64,000 nucleotides of DNA, from contig JAYVIR010000026.1 in the NCBI GenBank assembly GCA_043770095.1, positions 44,678 through 108,677 of the forward strand, given 5' to 3'. A program made the position numbers and the translations under genes. Below the pieces are notes generated by a model. The model saw nothing but the letters and a program-made list of their open reading frames with translations, made no database searches and was not told the origin of the DNA. Numbering within the stretch: position 1 is the stretch's first letter; every line of letters starts with the position of its first letter. This stretch comes from Eubacteriales bacterium (lineage in GTDB: Bacteria > Bacillota > Clostridia > Peptostreptococcales > Acidaminobacteraceae). This document shows positions 46,684 through 54,954 of this stretch, piece by piece.

Positions 46684-47856
46684 GTGATTTTATTAAAACA
46701 AGTGGAAGTATATGCCCCAGAGAAGATTGGGTGCAGAGATGTTCTGATAGGCGCAGAAAAAATACTGCAAATATCAGAAAATGAGATAGATACTGGTGAC
46801 ATGCCCGTAACGGTAATAGATGGAAAAGGCATGGTATTGGTGCCGGGACTCATTGACGCACACGTTCACATCTGTGGTGGCGGAGGTGAAGGTGGTTACA
46901 AAACGCGTACGCCAGAGCTCAAAATGACGGAAATGATTCAAGCGGGCGTAACGACAGTAGTGGGTTGCCTCGGGACGGACGGGATTACCAGAACCATGGA
47001 AAATCTTGTGGCCAAAGTGTACAGCCTGCGTGAAGAAGGGGTTTCTGCTTGGTGCTACAGCGGTTCTTATCAGGTGCCTGTGAGGACTTTGACGGGAGAC
47101 ATCATGAAAGACATTATGCTCATTGACCCAATCATCGGCATTGGAGAAATTGCGCTTAATGATCACAGATCTTCTTCGGTAACGGTTCAGGAACTGGCTC
47201 GAATCACGTCGGAGGCGAGAGTGGCGGGTATTTTGTCAGGCAAAGCGGGCGTTATCAACTGCCATTTAGGCGATGGCCCCTTTGACTTGGATCAAATTGA
47301 TCAAGCGGTAGAACAGTTTGTCCTGCCAATTGCACAATTTTATCCGACCCATATCAACCGAAATGCAGGTCTTTTTGAAAAAGGGATTGCTCATGCTTTA
47401 AAAGGTGGCATGGTGGATATGACCACATCGACAACCCCTCAGTTTATTGAAGAAGGGGAAGTGCCTGCAGCAGAAGCGCTGTTTCTGATGAGGGCTGCGG
47501 GTGTGCCGTCAAATCGCATCACGTTTACATCGGATGGGCATGGCAGTCTTCCAATGTTCGGCCCGACAGGTGAATTTGAAGGCCTTGGCGTTGGACGACT
47601 CGACAGTCTTCTAGAATCGGTCAGAGAAGCGGTAAAAAGACATAACATGCCGCTAGAAGAAGCCTTAGAACCTGTAACGTCAACGCCTGCCAAGTATTTA
47701 AAACTTCACGGCAAAGGGCAGATTCAGGTAAACAAAGATGCCGATTTGGTGCTTCTTGATGCAAGTAGCCTCAACGTTAAAGGGGTTATTGCCAGAGGAA
47801 AACTCTGTATGCTAGACGGTGTGCTTTGTGTAAGGAATACGGTAGAACTTAACTAA
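46684..47856 (+). CDS. iadA: Isoaspartyl dipeptidase (beta-aspartyl peptidase)
   Basis: Closely colinear with E. coli IadA: LVPGLIDAHVHICGGGGEGGYKTRTPEL, VTTVVGCLGTDGITR, GVSAWCYSGSYQVPVRTLTGD, PTHINRN. Confidence 0.85.
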   Translation: MILLKQVEVYAPEKIGCRDVLIGAEKILQISENEIDTGDMPVTVIDGKGMVLVPGLIDAHVHICGGGGEGGYKTRTPELKMTEMIQAGVTTVVGCLGTDGITRTMENLVAKVYSLREEGVSAWCYSGSYQVPVRTLTGDIMKDIMLIDPIIGIGEIALNDHRSSSVTVQELARITSEARVAGILSGKAGVINCHLGDGPFDLDQIDQAVEQFVLPIAQFYPTHINRNAGLFEKGIAHALKGGMVDMTTSTTPQFIEEGEVPAAEALFLMRAAGVPSNRITFTSDGHGSLPMFGPTGEFEGLGVGRLDSLLESVREAVKRHNMPLEEALEPVTSTPAKYLKLHGKGQIQVNKDADLVLLDASSLNVKGVIARGKLCMLDGVLCVRNTVELN

Positions 47857-47902
47857 GGAAATCTAACTATAAAGCTATCTATAAAACAAAGAGCGGTGAC
47901 AT

Positions 47903-49582
47903 ATGATGTTTAAATGCTTTTTGAATGTCAGAGAGGAGAAGGGTTCTTATGACCCTTCTTTTTCTTTTGAGAAATTGGAAGAGACGACGGCAAAATTGTT
48001 AAATGTGGTGGGCGAATATGTAACTTCTACAGATGAAATTGATATGGCGATGAAGGAAATGAGCACTTCCGGTATTCAATTGTCGTGCTCGGCAGAAGAA
48101 CAACTCCACAATATACAAAAGATTAAATCGTTTACAGGAAAAATTTACGAAAGTGCGGAGGAAAACCATCAGTCGGTAAGTGCCATTTTAGAAAATTCAG
48201 AAGCGGTTTATCACGGCGCAGTGAGCAAACAAGCTGCCATAAATGATGCCGTCACTGCTTTTGATAAAGTTCAAGAACAGATGGGTGAGGCTTGTCAAAC
48301 GGTAGAAATTCTTAGAACAAATGCCTCTGAAATTTTAAGCATGATGGGAGCGGTTCGAAACATTGCCTCTCAGACAAATTTACTAGCACTTAATGCGTCA
48401 ATTGAAGCGGCAAGGGCAGGGGATAGCGGCCGAGGTTTCGCGGTCGTCGCCTCTGAAGTTCGAAAGTTGTCAGAGGAAACGGAACTTGTGGTAAAGCAAA
48501 TGTCTGCGCTGATCCAACTGGTAGATCAAAGAGCTGGGCAGACGCAATCGACAATGATGCAAACCATCAGCGGTATCAAACATCAGTCGGGACAACTCGA
48601 ACATATCAGCGAAGACGTCAGCGAAATGGTCACTCAAATTGGCGCGACGCTCTTGTCCGTAAAAGATTTAGATCAAAATAACCAAGACCTTGTGGTTTCG
48701 TGCGATGAAGTGGATCGGCTGACAGAGGCCATTACGCAGAGTGTCTCAGGCAATGTGGCGTCTACCAAACAACTCAGTCAAACCATTAAAGAAGAAGCAG
48801 AGTCTTTGAAGCGGCTGGTTCATATTGGCGGACGTTTTGAGCATTTGACAGAGCAGTTTTATGAAATTCTTGAAACGGAAGTAACGCATGATTCTCAAAA
48901 GGGGTTGGTGCTCGTGACTTCTGCCTACCCACCGTATATTATTGCGCAAAAAGATGGTGTGGTTAGCGGCATTGACATCGACTTGGTCAGAGAGGCTTTT
49001 AAAAGAGCAGGCATTGATGTTCGAGTGCATTTGAGCTCTTTTGATCAGTCGCTTCGATTGGTTCAAAAAGGGTTTGCAGATTTGGTGCCAACGTTGTCTA
49101 GAAATGAAGAACGCTCCAAAACCATGAATTTTACGGAGAATTACAGAGAGCCAACTCGGTATGTGTTTGTTGCGTTGAAGCAGTCAAATCTGGAAATAAG
49201 TCGATTTGAAGCATTAAGAACTTGGAGAGTCGGCGTTATGAGGGGTTATGGCTACTGGGAACAATTTGTTAAAGACAACCAGATTCAAAAAGACATCAGC
49301 GAAAAAGAAGAAATCATGTTCAAAAAGCTTTTCAAAGGCCAAATCAATTGTTTGATTATGAATGAATACGCAGCGCGTTATTTTATTGTTTCAAATGGGC
49401 TACAAGAGCAAGTTAAAATGCTGGCATACAGTCACAGCGAGCAAGCGGGTTCAGATACGCGCATTGCCTTTACGAAAAAACGTGACACAGAGGCGCTTTG
49501 CAAACTATTCGATGAAAAAATGGCTCAGATGAGAACGGATGGGACTTTGAAACAGATTGAGGAACGGTATTTGAAGATTTAA
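47903..49582 (+). CDS. Soluble chemoreceptor-like protein: MCP signalling domain fused to a C-terminal family-3 solute-binding domain
   Basis: No TM segment. Canonical MCP hairpin-tip sequence ASQTNLLALNASIEAARAGDSGRGFAVVASEVRKLSEET. The C-terminal about 230 aa is SBP_bac_3-like (LVTSAYPPYIIAQKDGVVSGIDIDLVREAFKRAGIDV...). Confidence 0.7.
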   Translation: MMFKCFLNVREEKGSYDPSFSFEKLEETTAKLLNVVGEYVTSTDEIDMAMKEMSTSGIQLSCSAEEQLHNIQKIKSFTGKIYESAEENHQSVSAILENSEAVYHGAVSKQAAINDAVTAFDKVQEQMGEACQTVEILRTNASEILSMMGAVRNIASQTNLLALNASIEAARAGDSGRGFAVVASEVRKLSEETELVVKQMSALIQLVDQRAGQTQSTMMQTISGIKHQSGQLEHISEDVSEMVTQIGATLLSVKDLDQNNQDLVVSCDEVDRLTEAITQSVSGNVASTKQLSQTIKEEAESLKRLVHIGGRFEHLTEQFYEILETEVTHDSQKGLVLVTSAYPPYIIAQKDGVVSGIDIDLVREAFKRAGIDVRVHLSSFDQSLRLVQKGFADLVPTLSRNEERSKTMNFTENYREPTRYVFVALKQSNLEISRFEALRTWRVGVMRGYGYWEQFVKDNQIQKDISEKEEIMFKKLFKGQINCLIMNEYAARYFIVSNGLQEQVKMLAYSHSEQAGSDTRIAFTKKRDTEALCKLFDEKMAQMRTDGTLKQIEERYLKI

Positions 49583-49596
49583 GGAGGGCGAACAGT

Positions 49597-50970
49597 TTGA
49601 AACCAGTAAAAGTGACGGAAACAGCGTTAAGAGATGGGCACCAATCACTGATTGCGACCCGCCTTCGGACGGATGAAATACTACCCATCTTAGAAAAAAT
49701 GGATCAGGCGGGGTATTATGCCTTAGAAGTTTGGGGTGGCGCTACATTTGACGCCTGCCTGCGCTTTTTAAATGAAGACCCTTGGGAGAGACTGAGAGCC
49801 ATTCGTGGCATTGTAAAAAACACCAAACTGCAAATGCTTCTCAGAGGGCAAAATTTATTAGGCTACAAACATTATGCAGACGATGTGGTGGAAGCCTTTA
49901 TCTTAAAATCGGTTGAAAATGGCATTGACATTATTCGTGTATTTGACGCGCTCAATGACTTAAGAAATTTGGAAGTCTCTATGAAGGCCATTAAAAAATC
50001 TGGGGCTCACTGCCAATGTGCGATCAGCTATACAACCAGTCCTGTGCATACCAAGGACTACTATATAGAACTCTCTAAACAAATGGTGCTCATAGGTGCA
50101 GATTCAATATGCATAAAAGACATGGCTGGAATTTTGACGCCAAACGGGGCTTTTGAATTGGTAAAAGAACTGAAAGAAGCTGTTTTGGTGCCAATTGAAA
50201 TACACACGCACTGCACAAGCGGCATTGCTTCCATGACTTATTTAAAGGCAGTAGAAGCCGGTGTGGACATTATTGACACTGCGATTTCACCATTTTCTGA
50301 GGGCACTTCTCAACCGCCAACGGAGTCGATGGCAATGGTTTTGGACGAAACGGACCGTGGCCCAAGGCTCAATATGGCAATTTTAAGCGAAGTTGCGGAT
50401 TACTTTAAACCCATCAGAGACAAGTATAGAGTCGAAGGCATTTTAAACGCCAAAGTGATGGATGTCGAACCCAACACGCTCACGTATCAAGTGCCGGGCG
50501 GCATGCTCTCAAATTTACTTTCGCAACTTGAGGCTCAAGGCGCAAGCCATCATTATGAAGCGGTTCTAAGGGAAATTCCAAGGGTTAGGGCAGACTTAGG
50601 CTATCCGCCACTGGTCACGCCGCTGAGTCAAATGGTCGGCACGCAAGCGGTTTTTAATATTTTAACTGGCGAGCGTTACAAAATGGTGCCTAAAGAAATC
50701 AAAGAATATGTCAAAGGCCTATATGGGGCATTCCCAGCACCTCTAAATGAAAGCGTCAAGCAGTTCATTCTTGGAGATGAGGCAATCATAACGGTAAGAC
50801 CAGCAGACTTGCTCGAGCCAGAACTTGATAAATACACCCTAGAAATAGGCGACTTGGCAACGTCTTTAGAAGATGTGCTCTCTTATAGTTTGTTCCCACA
50901 GGTGGCTAGAAAGTTCTTTGAGGCGCGTTTAAAAATGTCGGATGTTCACTATATTACTGTAACGATGTAA
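49597..50970 (+). CDS. Oxaloacetate decarboxylase alpha-type carboxyltransferase subunit (no biotinyl domain)
   Basis: TIM-barrel carboxyltransferase: VTETALRDGHQSL, metal ligands in HTHCTSG. 457 aa, so it lacks the C-terminal biotin carrier domain of full-length OadA. TTG start with RBS ggaggg. Confidence 0.8.
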   Translation: MKPVKVTETALRDGHQSLIATRLRTDEILPILEKMDQAGYYALEVWGGATFDACLRFLNEDPWERLRAIRGIVKNTKLQMLLRGQNLLGYKHYADDVVEAFILKSVENGIDIIRVFDALNDLRNLEVSMKAIKKSGAHCQCAISYTTSPVHTKDYYIELSKQMVLIGADSICIKDMAGILTPNGAFELVKELKEAVLVPIEIHTHCTSGIASMTYLKAVEAGVDIIDTAISPFSEGTSQPPTESMAMVLDETDRGPRLNMAILSEVADYFKPIRDKYRVEGILNAKVMDVEPNTLTYQVPGGMLSNLLSQLEAQGASHHYEAVLREIPRVRADLGYPPLVTPLSQMVGTQAVFNILTGERYKMVPKEIKEYVKGLYGAFPAPLNESVKQFILGDEAIITVRPADLLEPELDKYTLEIGDLATSLEDVLSYSLFPQVARKFFEARLKMSDVHYITVTM

Positions 50971-51017
50971 GTTGAATGAGTAGGTCAACTTATAGAGATC
51001 ATAAAGGAAGTGGATAT

Positions 51018-51227
51018 ATGGAAATTTTAAAATGGATTAAGGGGTTATTAGGAAGTAAGGCTGAAGCCGCTACGGTTACAGCGACCACGCCAGAAGTCGC
51101 TGAAAAGTGCTCACTGCCAATGGACGACGAAGAAAAAAATCTGGTTGCGGTCATCACCTCATGCATTGCAGGAAAAGACACGCCAGACGCTCAACTGCAC
51201 ATTCAGCGCATAACGCGTATTGACTAA
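51018..51227 (+). CDS. Small soluble protein resembling the Ala/Thr-rich linker and C-terminal region of OadG-type gamma subunits
   Basis: 69 aa from ATG 51018 (RBS aaggaag). AEAATVTATTPEV linker, then EEKNLVAVITSCIAG, similar to the C-terminal conserved segment of Na+-decarboxylase gamma subunits. Confidence 0.3.
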   Translation: MEILKWIKGLLGSKAEAATVTATTPEVAEKCSLPMDDEEKNLVAVITSCIAGKDTPDAQLHIQRITRID

Positions 51228-51250
51228 AGAAAAAAGGAGTAAAACATAAA

Positions 51251-51625
51251 ATGGAAATGAAAAAATATGTCCTTAAATTGAATGGAAAGGTTTACGAGGT
51301 TGAAATGGGAGAAGTCGGCACGGTTTCAAATACAGGCGCGGTGGATCCTTCTAAAAACGAAATAGTGACACTTTCTCCACTCAAAGCAGTGGAAAGCCCT
51401 GTCGGGGCATACAGAGAGACGGTCATTTCGCCAATGCCGGGGACAATCATCAGTGTGCTTGTCAAAGCGGGTGACATTGTCAAACGCAATCAGGTGTTGG
51501 TTGTCCTTGAAGCCATGAAAATGGAAAATGAAATTGTATCACCAATAGATGGCACGATCCTTTCAATCTCTGCAACCAAAGGGGTTGCCGTTAATGTCAG
51601 CGAAGAACTCGTGAGAATCGGATAG
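51251..51625 (+). CDS. Biotin carboxyl carrier protein (biotinyl domain)
   Basis: EAMKMEN biotinylation motif. 124 aa. Confidence 0.85.
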   Translation: MEMKKYVLKLNGKVYEVEMGEVGTVSNTGAVDPSKNEIVTLSPLKAVESPVGAYRETVISPMPGTIISVLVKAGDIVKRNQVLVVLEAMKMENEIVSPIDGTILSISATKGVAVNVSEELVRIG

Positions 51626-51635
51626 GAGGTAGCTC

Positions 51636-52760
51636 GTGGATATATTAATCAGTGGTATTCTCTCGGTTACCTTTAAGCAAATATTCATGTGGGGTGTCGG
51701 CGGACTGCTCATATACTTAGCCATAAAAAAAGAATACGAACCAGCGCTTCTTCTCCCGATGGGTTTTGGCGCAATTATCGTCAATTTTCCAATGACAGGC
51801 GTACTGACTCAAAACATCGGCGGAAAAGAGATTGAAGGTATTTTAGATTTCCTGTTCACAGGGGGTATAGCAACAGAACTCTTTCCACTGCTGATTTTCA
51901 TTGGTATTGGCGCCATGATTGACTTTGGGCCTTTGCTTCAAAATCCGTTCATGCTTTTATTTGGCGCGGCGGCGCAGTTTGGGATTTTCTTCACAATTTG
52001 CGTGGCAACGCTCATTGGCGGATTTGATATTAGAGAAGCGGCTTCCATTGGCATTATAGGCGCGGCAGATGGTCCGACGTCCATTTTCGTTACCAGTCAG
52101 TTGGCTTACCATCTACTGGGCCCCGTCACAATCGCGGCATATTCTTACATGGCCTTAGTGCCAATCATTCAACCAATTGCCATTAAAATGGTGACGACAA
52201 AAGCAGAACGTCAAATTAGAATGACTTATAAAGCAGAGCGTATTTCCAAGACGACTAAAATTCTATTCCCAATTGTCATCACGGTCATTGCGGGTCTCAT
52301 TGCGCCTGTATCCCTTCCACTCATTGGATTTTTAATGTTTGGAAATTTACTCAGGGAGTGCACTGTATTAGACCGATTGTCAAATGCCGCACAAAATGAG
52401 TTGGTCAACATTGTCACTATTTTGCTTGGCATAACAATTGCCACTAAAATGACAGCAGATGAATTCTTGCAAATGGACACGCTGCTCATTATTTCTTTTG
52501 GCCTTGTAGCGTTTGTATTTGATACGATTGGCGGCGTTTTATTTGCCAAATTCATCAATTTATTCAGAAAAGAAAAATTCAATCCGATGATTGGCGCAGC
52601 CGGTATTTCAGCCTTTCCAATGTCGGCGCGTGTCATTCAGAAGATGGCTCAAAAAGAAGATCCGCAAAACTTTGTACTTATGTATGCGGTAGGTGCGAAT
52701 GTCGCAGGACAGATTGCATCGGTAATCGCGGGCGGATTGGTTTTGGCATTCTTTGCTTAA
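51636..52760 (+). CDS. oadB: Na+-translocating decarboxylase beta subunit
   Basis: 374 aa polytopic membrane protein with the conserved OadB/GcdB/MmdB pattern (GFGAIIVNFPM..., IGAADGPTSIFV..., IGAAGISAFPMSARV). Confidence 0.9.
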   Translation: MDILISGILSVTFKQIFMWGVGGLLIYLAIKKEYEPALLLPMGFGAIIVNFPMTGVLTQNIGGKEIEGILDFLFTGGIATELFPLLIFIGIGAMIDFGPLLQNPFMLLFGAAAQFGIFFTICVATLIGGFDIREAASIGIIGAADGPTSIFVTSQLAYHLLGPVTIAAYSYMALVPIIQPIAIKMVTTKAERQIRMTYKAERISKTTKILFPIVITVIAGLIAPVSLPLIGFLMFGNLLRECTVLDRLSNAAQNELVNIVTILLGITIATKMTADEFLQMDTLLIISFGLVAFVFDTIGGVLFAKFINLFRKEKFNPMIGAAGISAFPMSARVIQKMAQKEDPQNFVLMYAVGANVAGQIASVIAGGLVLAFFA

Positions 52761-52796
52761 GGCTGAAGGTATAAAAGATGAAAGGAAGAAAATAAG

Positions 52797-52955
52797 ATGA
52801 ATTTTATGGACAACATTAGCCAGAACGTGCCAGATTTCTTAATTGCACTACAGATTATGAGCTTCGGCATGGTAGGCATATTCATAGTGCTAGGTCTGTT
52901 ATTTGTATCGGTCAAAGTACTCATAAAGCTATTCCCAGAAAAAACAGTTCAATAA
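52797..52955 (+). CDS. Unannotated 52-aa single-TM peptide resembling the N-terminal membrane anchor of OadG (gamma subunit)
   Basis: ATG 52797 after aaggaag. MNFMDNISQNVPDFLIALQIMSFGMVGIFIVLGLLFVSVKVLIKLFPEKTVQ. It lies 36 nt after oadB and is followed by a terminator. It is below the 60-aa ORF-track cutoff. Confidence 0.45.
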   Translation: MNFMDNISQNVPDFLIALQIMSFGMVGIFIVLGLLFVSVKVLIKLFPEKTVQ

Positions 52956-52997
52956 ATGTCCCAAGCCTCGCAAAACCCTATGCGAGACACCCTCTAA

Positions 52998-53060
52998 AAA
53001 ACAGCCGCGTTGTAGATGCACCCAACTCTACAGCTGTTAAAGCGGCTGTTTTTTTGTTTT
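52998..53060 (+). terminator. Compound Rho-independent terminator at the end of the sigma-54 operon
   Basis: aaacagccgc ... gcggctgttttttt with an inner hairpin, then a long T-run. Confidence 0.7.
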
Positions 53061-53222
53061 TTGTGGGGGGTTATTTGTATATGATAATCCAACGGAGCAA
53101 GCGGCGAAGTTACAAGTGGTAATGCGATGGATACAATCACAAAAGCAGGCGTTGTTGAACTTGCAACAGAACCAATCAGAGTATCATACAAGCTGACTTA
53201 AGTCTAACATTCTAAACACGAG

Positions 53223-53600
53223 GTGATTATTATCAGCAAAGAGTTTGAAATACAAGGGTGTGTTGAAGTACCAATGAAGTTGTCTGAAGAAGAATTTTGG
53301 GGCAAATTTATTGGGTTTATTGAAGCCAACGAGTGGTCGTTTGGTGGTGGCATTAATGAAATTATTGATGGATATTATATCAAAGCGGATAGTACAAAAG
53401 GCAAATCTGTGATTGCGGATTTACCCCAAAATATGTATGACGGTGTAATAAATGAATTGTTTCAGCATCATTCCTTAGCGGCCTTAATTTTTTTAATAAA
53501 CAATGGTCGCGAACTGGAATTTTCTATTAATGATCAAAAATATTTTATATCTCACAGCGGTTCTAGCAAGGTCGTTTCGCTATGGTATAGAAGAAAATGA
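53223..53600 (+). CDS. Hypothetical cytoplasmic protein (125 aa)
   Basis: ORF only. No recognisable motifs. A weak RBS-like aggtga lies immediately 5' of the start. Confidence 0.3.
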   Translation: MIIISKEFEIQGCVEVPMKLSEEEFWGKFIGFIEANEWSFGGGINEIIDGYYIKADSTKGKSVIADLPQNMYDGVINELFQHHSLAALIFLINNGRELEFSINDQKYFISHSGSSKVVSLWYRRK

Positions 53601-53849
53601 ACAGGCTTTTGATGGCATAGAAGAATTGATTGATAATGCAGTAGCGTGCAATCAAAAATTTGTACATATTTTCCGAGAAGCTACTTTGGAAATGCTTTTT
53701 TAGCAGCAATAATTTCAAGGTGAATGTGAAAATAAAGTACAGCATTCTTAAGCACAAACAAAAGGACATCGCCAAAACAACCGGCAATGTCCTTTTCTAA
53801 TTAAATTTTCAAAACTAACTTTACTAAAGTACCTTTTTAAAAACACCCA

Positions 53850-54455
53850 CTAGAACGTCGCAGCAACCAAACCAGCCTTTTCCTTCGCACTGGCAAGAAT
53901 CTGAGCATAGTCGAGACCTTGAACACTCATGTTTTCTGTTGCAACAGCCTGAACATCGCTAACGCCAAAGAACCCAAGAATGGTTCTAAGGTAACGCTCG
54001 CCCATTTCAAAGTCAGAACGAGGCGCTTCTCCATAACTGCCGCCTCTTGACGTTAAAAGAAAGGCTTTTTTATTTTCAAGAAGGCCTATTGGGCCGTGCT
54101 CAGTATAAGCGAATGAAATGCCGGGAACGCTGACATAGTCCACGTAAGCCTTCACAATAGCAGGAAGTCCCAAGTTCCACATAGGGGCTGAGAAAATATA
54201 TTTGTCCGCTTCAGCAAATTGATAAGCGTGCTTTAAGATGGGGTGGTTTCTGCTGTCCTCTGTTTTCGGCCCGAAAGTCACAGCGAGGTCAGCCCCTTGC
54301 AAAAATGAAATCCCTGCATCGTATAAGTCAAGTGTCACAATTTCGTCTTGCGGGTTTTGACGTTTATACTGCTCTACAAAGTGGTCTGAAAGTTGAAATG
54401 AATTAGACTCGCCTTCTGGTTTAATATTGGCTTTAATGTACAATACTTTTTTCAT
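53850..54455 (-). CDS. azoR: FMN-dependent NADH azoreductase / quinone reductase (flavodoxin-like)
   Basis: MKKVLYIKANIKPEGESNSFQLSDHFVEQYKRQNPQDEIVTLDLY... is the canonical AzoR/AcpD N-terminus. 201 aa. Confidence 0.8.
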   Translation of the reverse strand: MKKVLYIKANIKPEGESNSFQLSDHFVEQYKRQNPQDEIVTLDLYDAGISFLQGADLAVTFGPKTEDSRNHPILKHAYQFAEADKYIFSAPMWNLGLPAIVKAYVDYVSVPGISFAYTEHGPIGLLENKKAFLLTSRGGSYGEAPRSDFEMGERYLRTILGFFGVSDVQAVATENMSVQGLDYAQILASAKEKAGLVAATF

Positions 54456-54633
54456 GTGTGTTCTCCTTTTTAAATGAACGTCTATAGATACAAGTGGATC
54501 ACGTTTGATAACGTTGTTAAATCTTAATGTGGGATGTGGATTATATCTGTTATAGTAGTATCATACCCTATGTAAAAGAAAAAGAAAGTACGCACTTTTT
54601 TGATACATACTATACAAAAGGAGAGTGTTATTA

Positions 54634-54954
54634 ATGGATCAAAATCTCATGAACGTGGACGAATGTCCTGTGAAATATACGCTATCAGTCATTGGCGGCA
54701 AGTGGAAACCGATTATTGTCTATCATTTGTCTGCGGCTGGCGTCATGCGCTACGGCGAAATTAGAAAATCCATGCCAACCATTACGCATAAAATGCTCAG
54801 CACACAGTTAAAAGAGCTTGAAGCCGATGGTTTGGTTCTTAGAACGGAATATCCTCAGGTGCCGCCTAAGGTGGAATATCAGCTAAAAGAAAAGGGCCTT
54901 TCTCTAATGCCTGTGTTCACAGCGATGGGAGCGTGGGGCACGGCCAATAGATGA
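54634..54954 (+). CDS. HxlR-family (DUF24/MarR-like) redox-responsive transcriptional regulator, divergent from azoR
   Basis: CPVKYTLSVIGGKWKPIIVYHL...MRYGEIRKSMPTITHKMLSTQLKELEADGLV is the HxlR signature with an N-terminal conserved Cys. ATG 54634 follows RBS aaaggagag. Confidence 0.8.
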   Translation: MDQNLMNVDECPVKYTLSVIGGKWKPIIVYHLSAAGVMRYGEIRKSMPTITHKMLSTQLKELEADGLVLRTEYPQVPPKVEYQLKEKGLSLMPVFTAMGAWGTANR

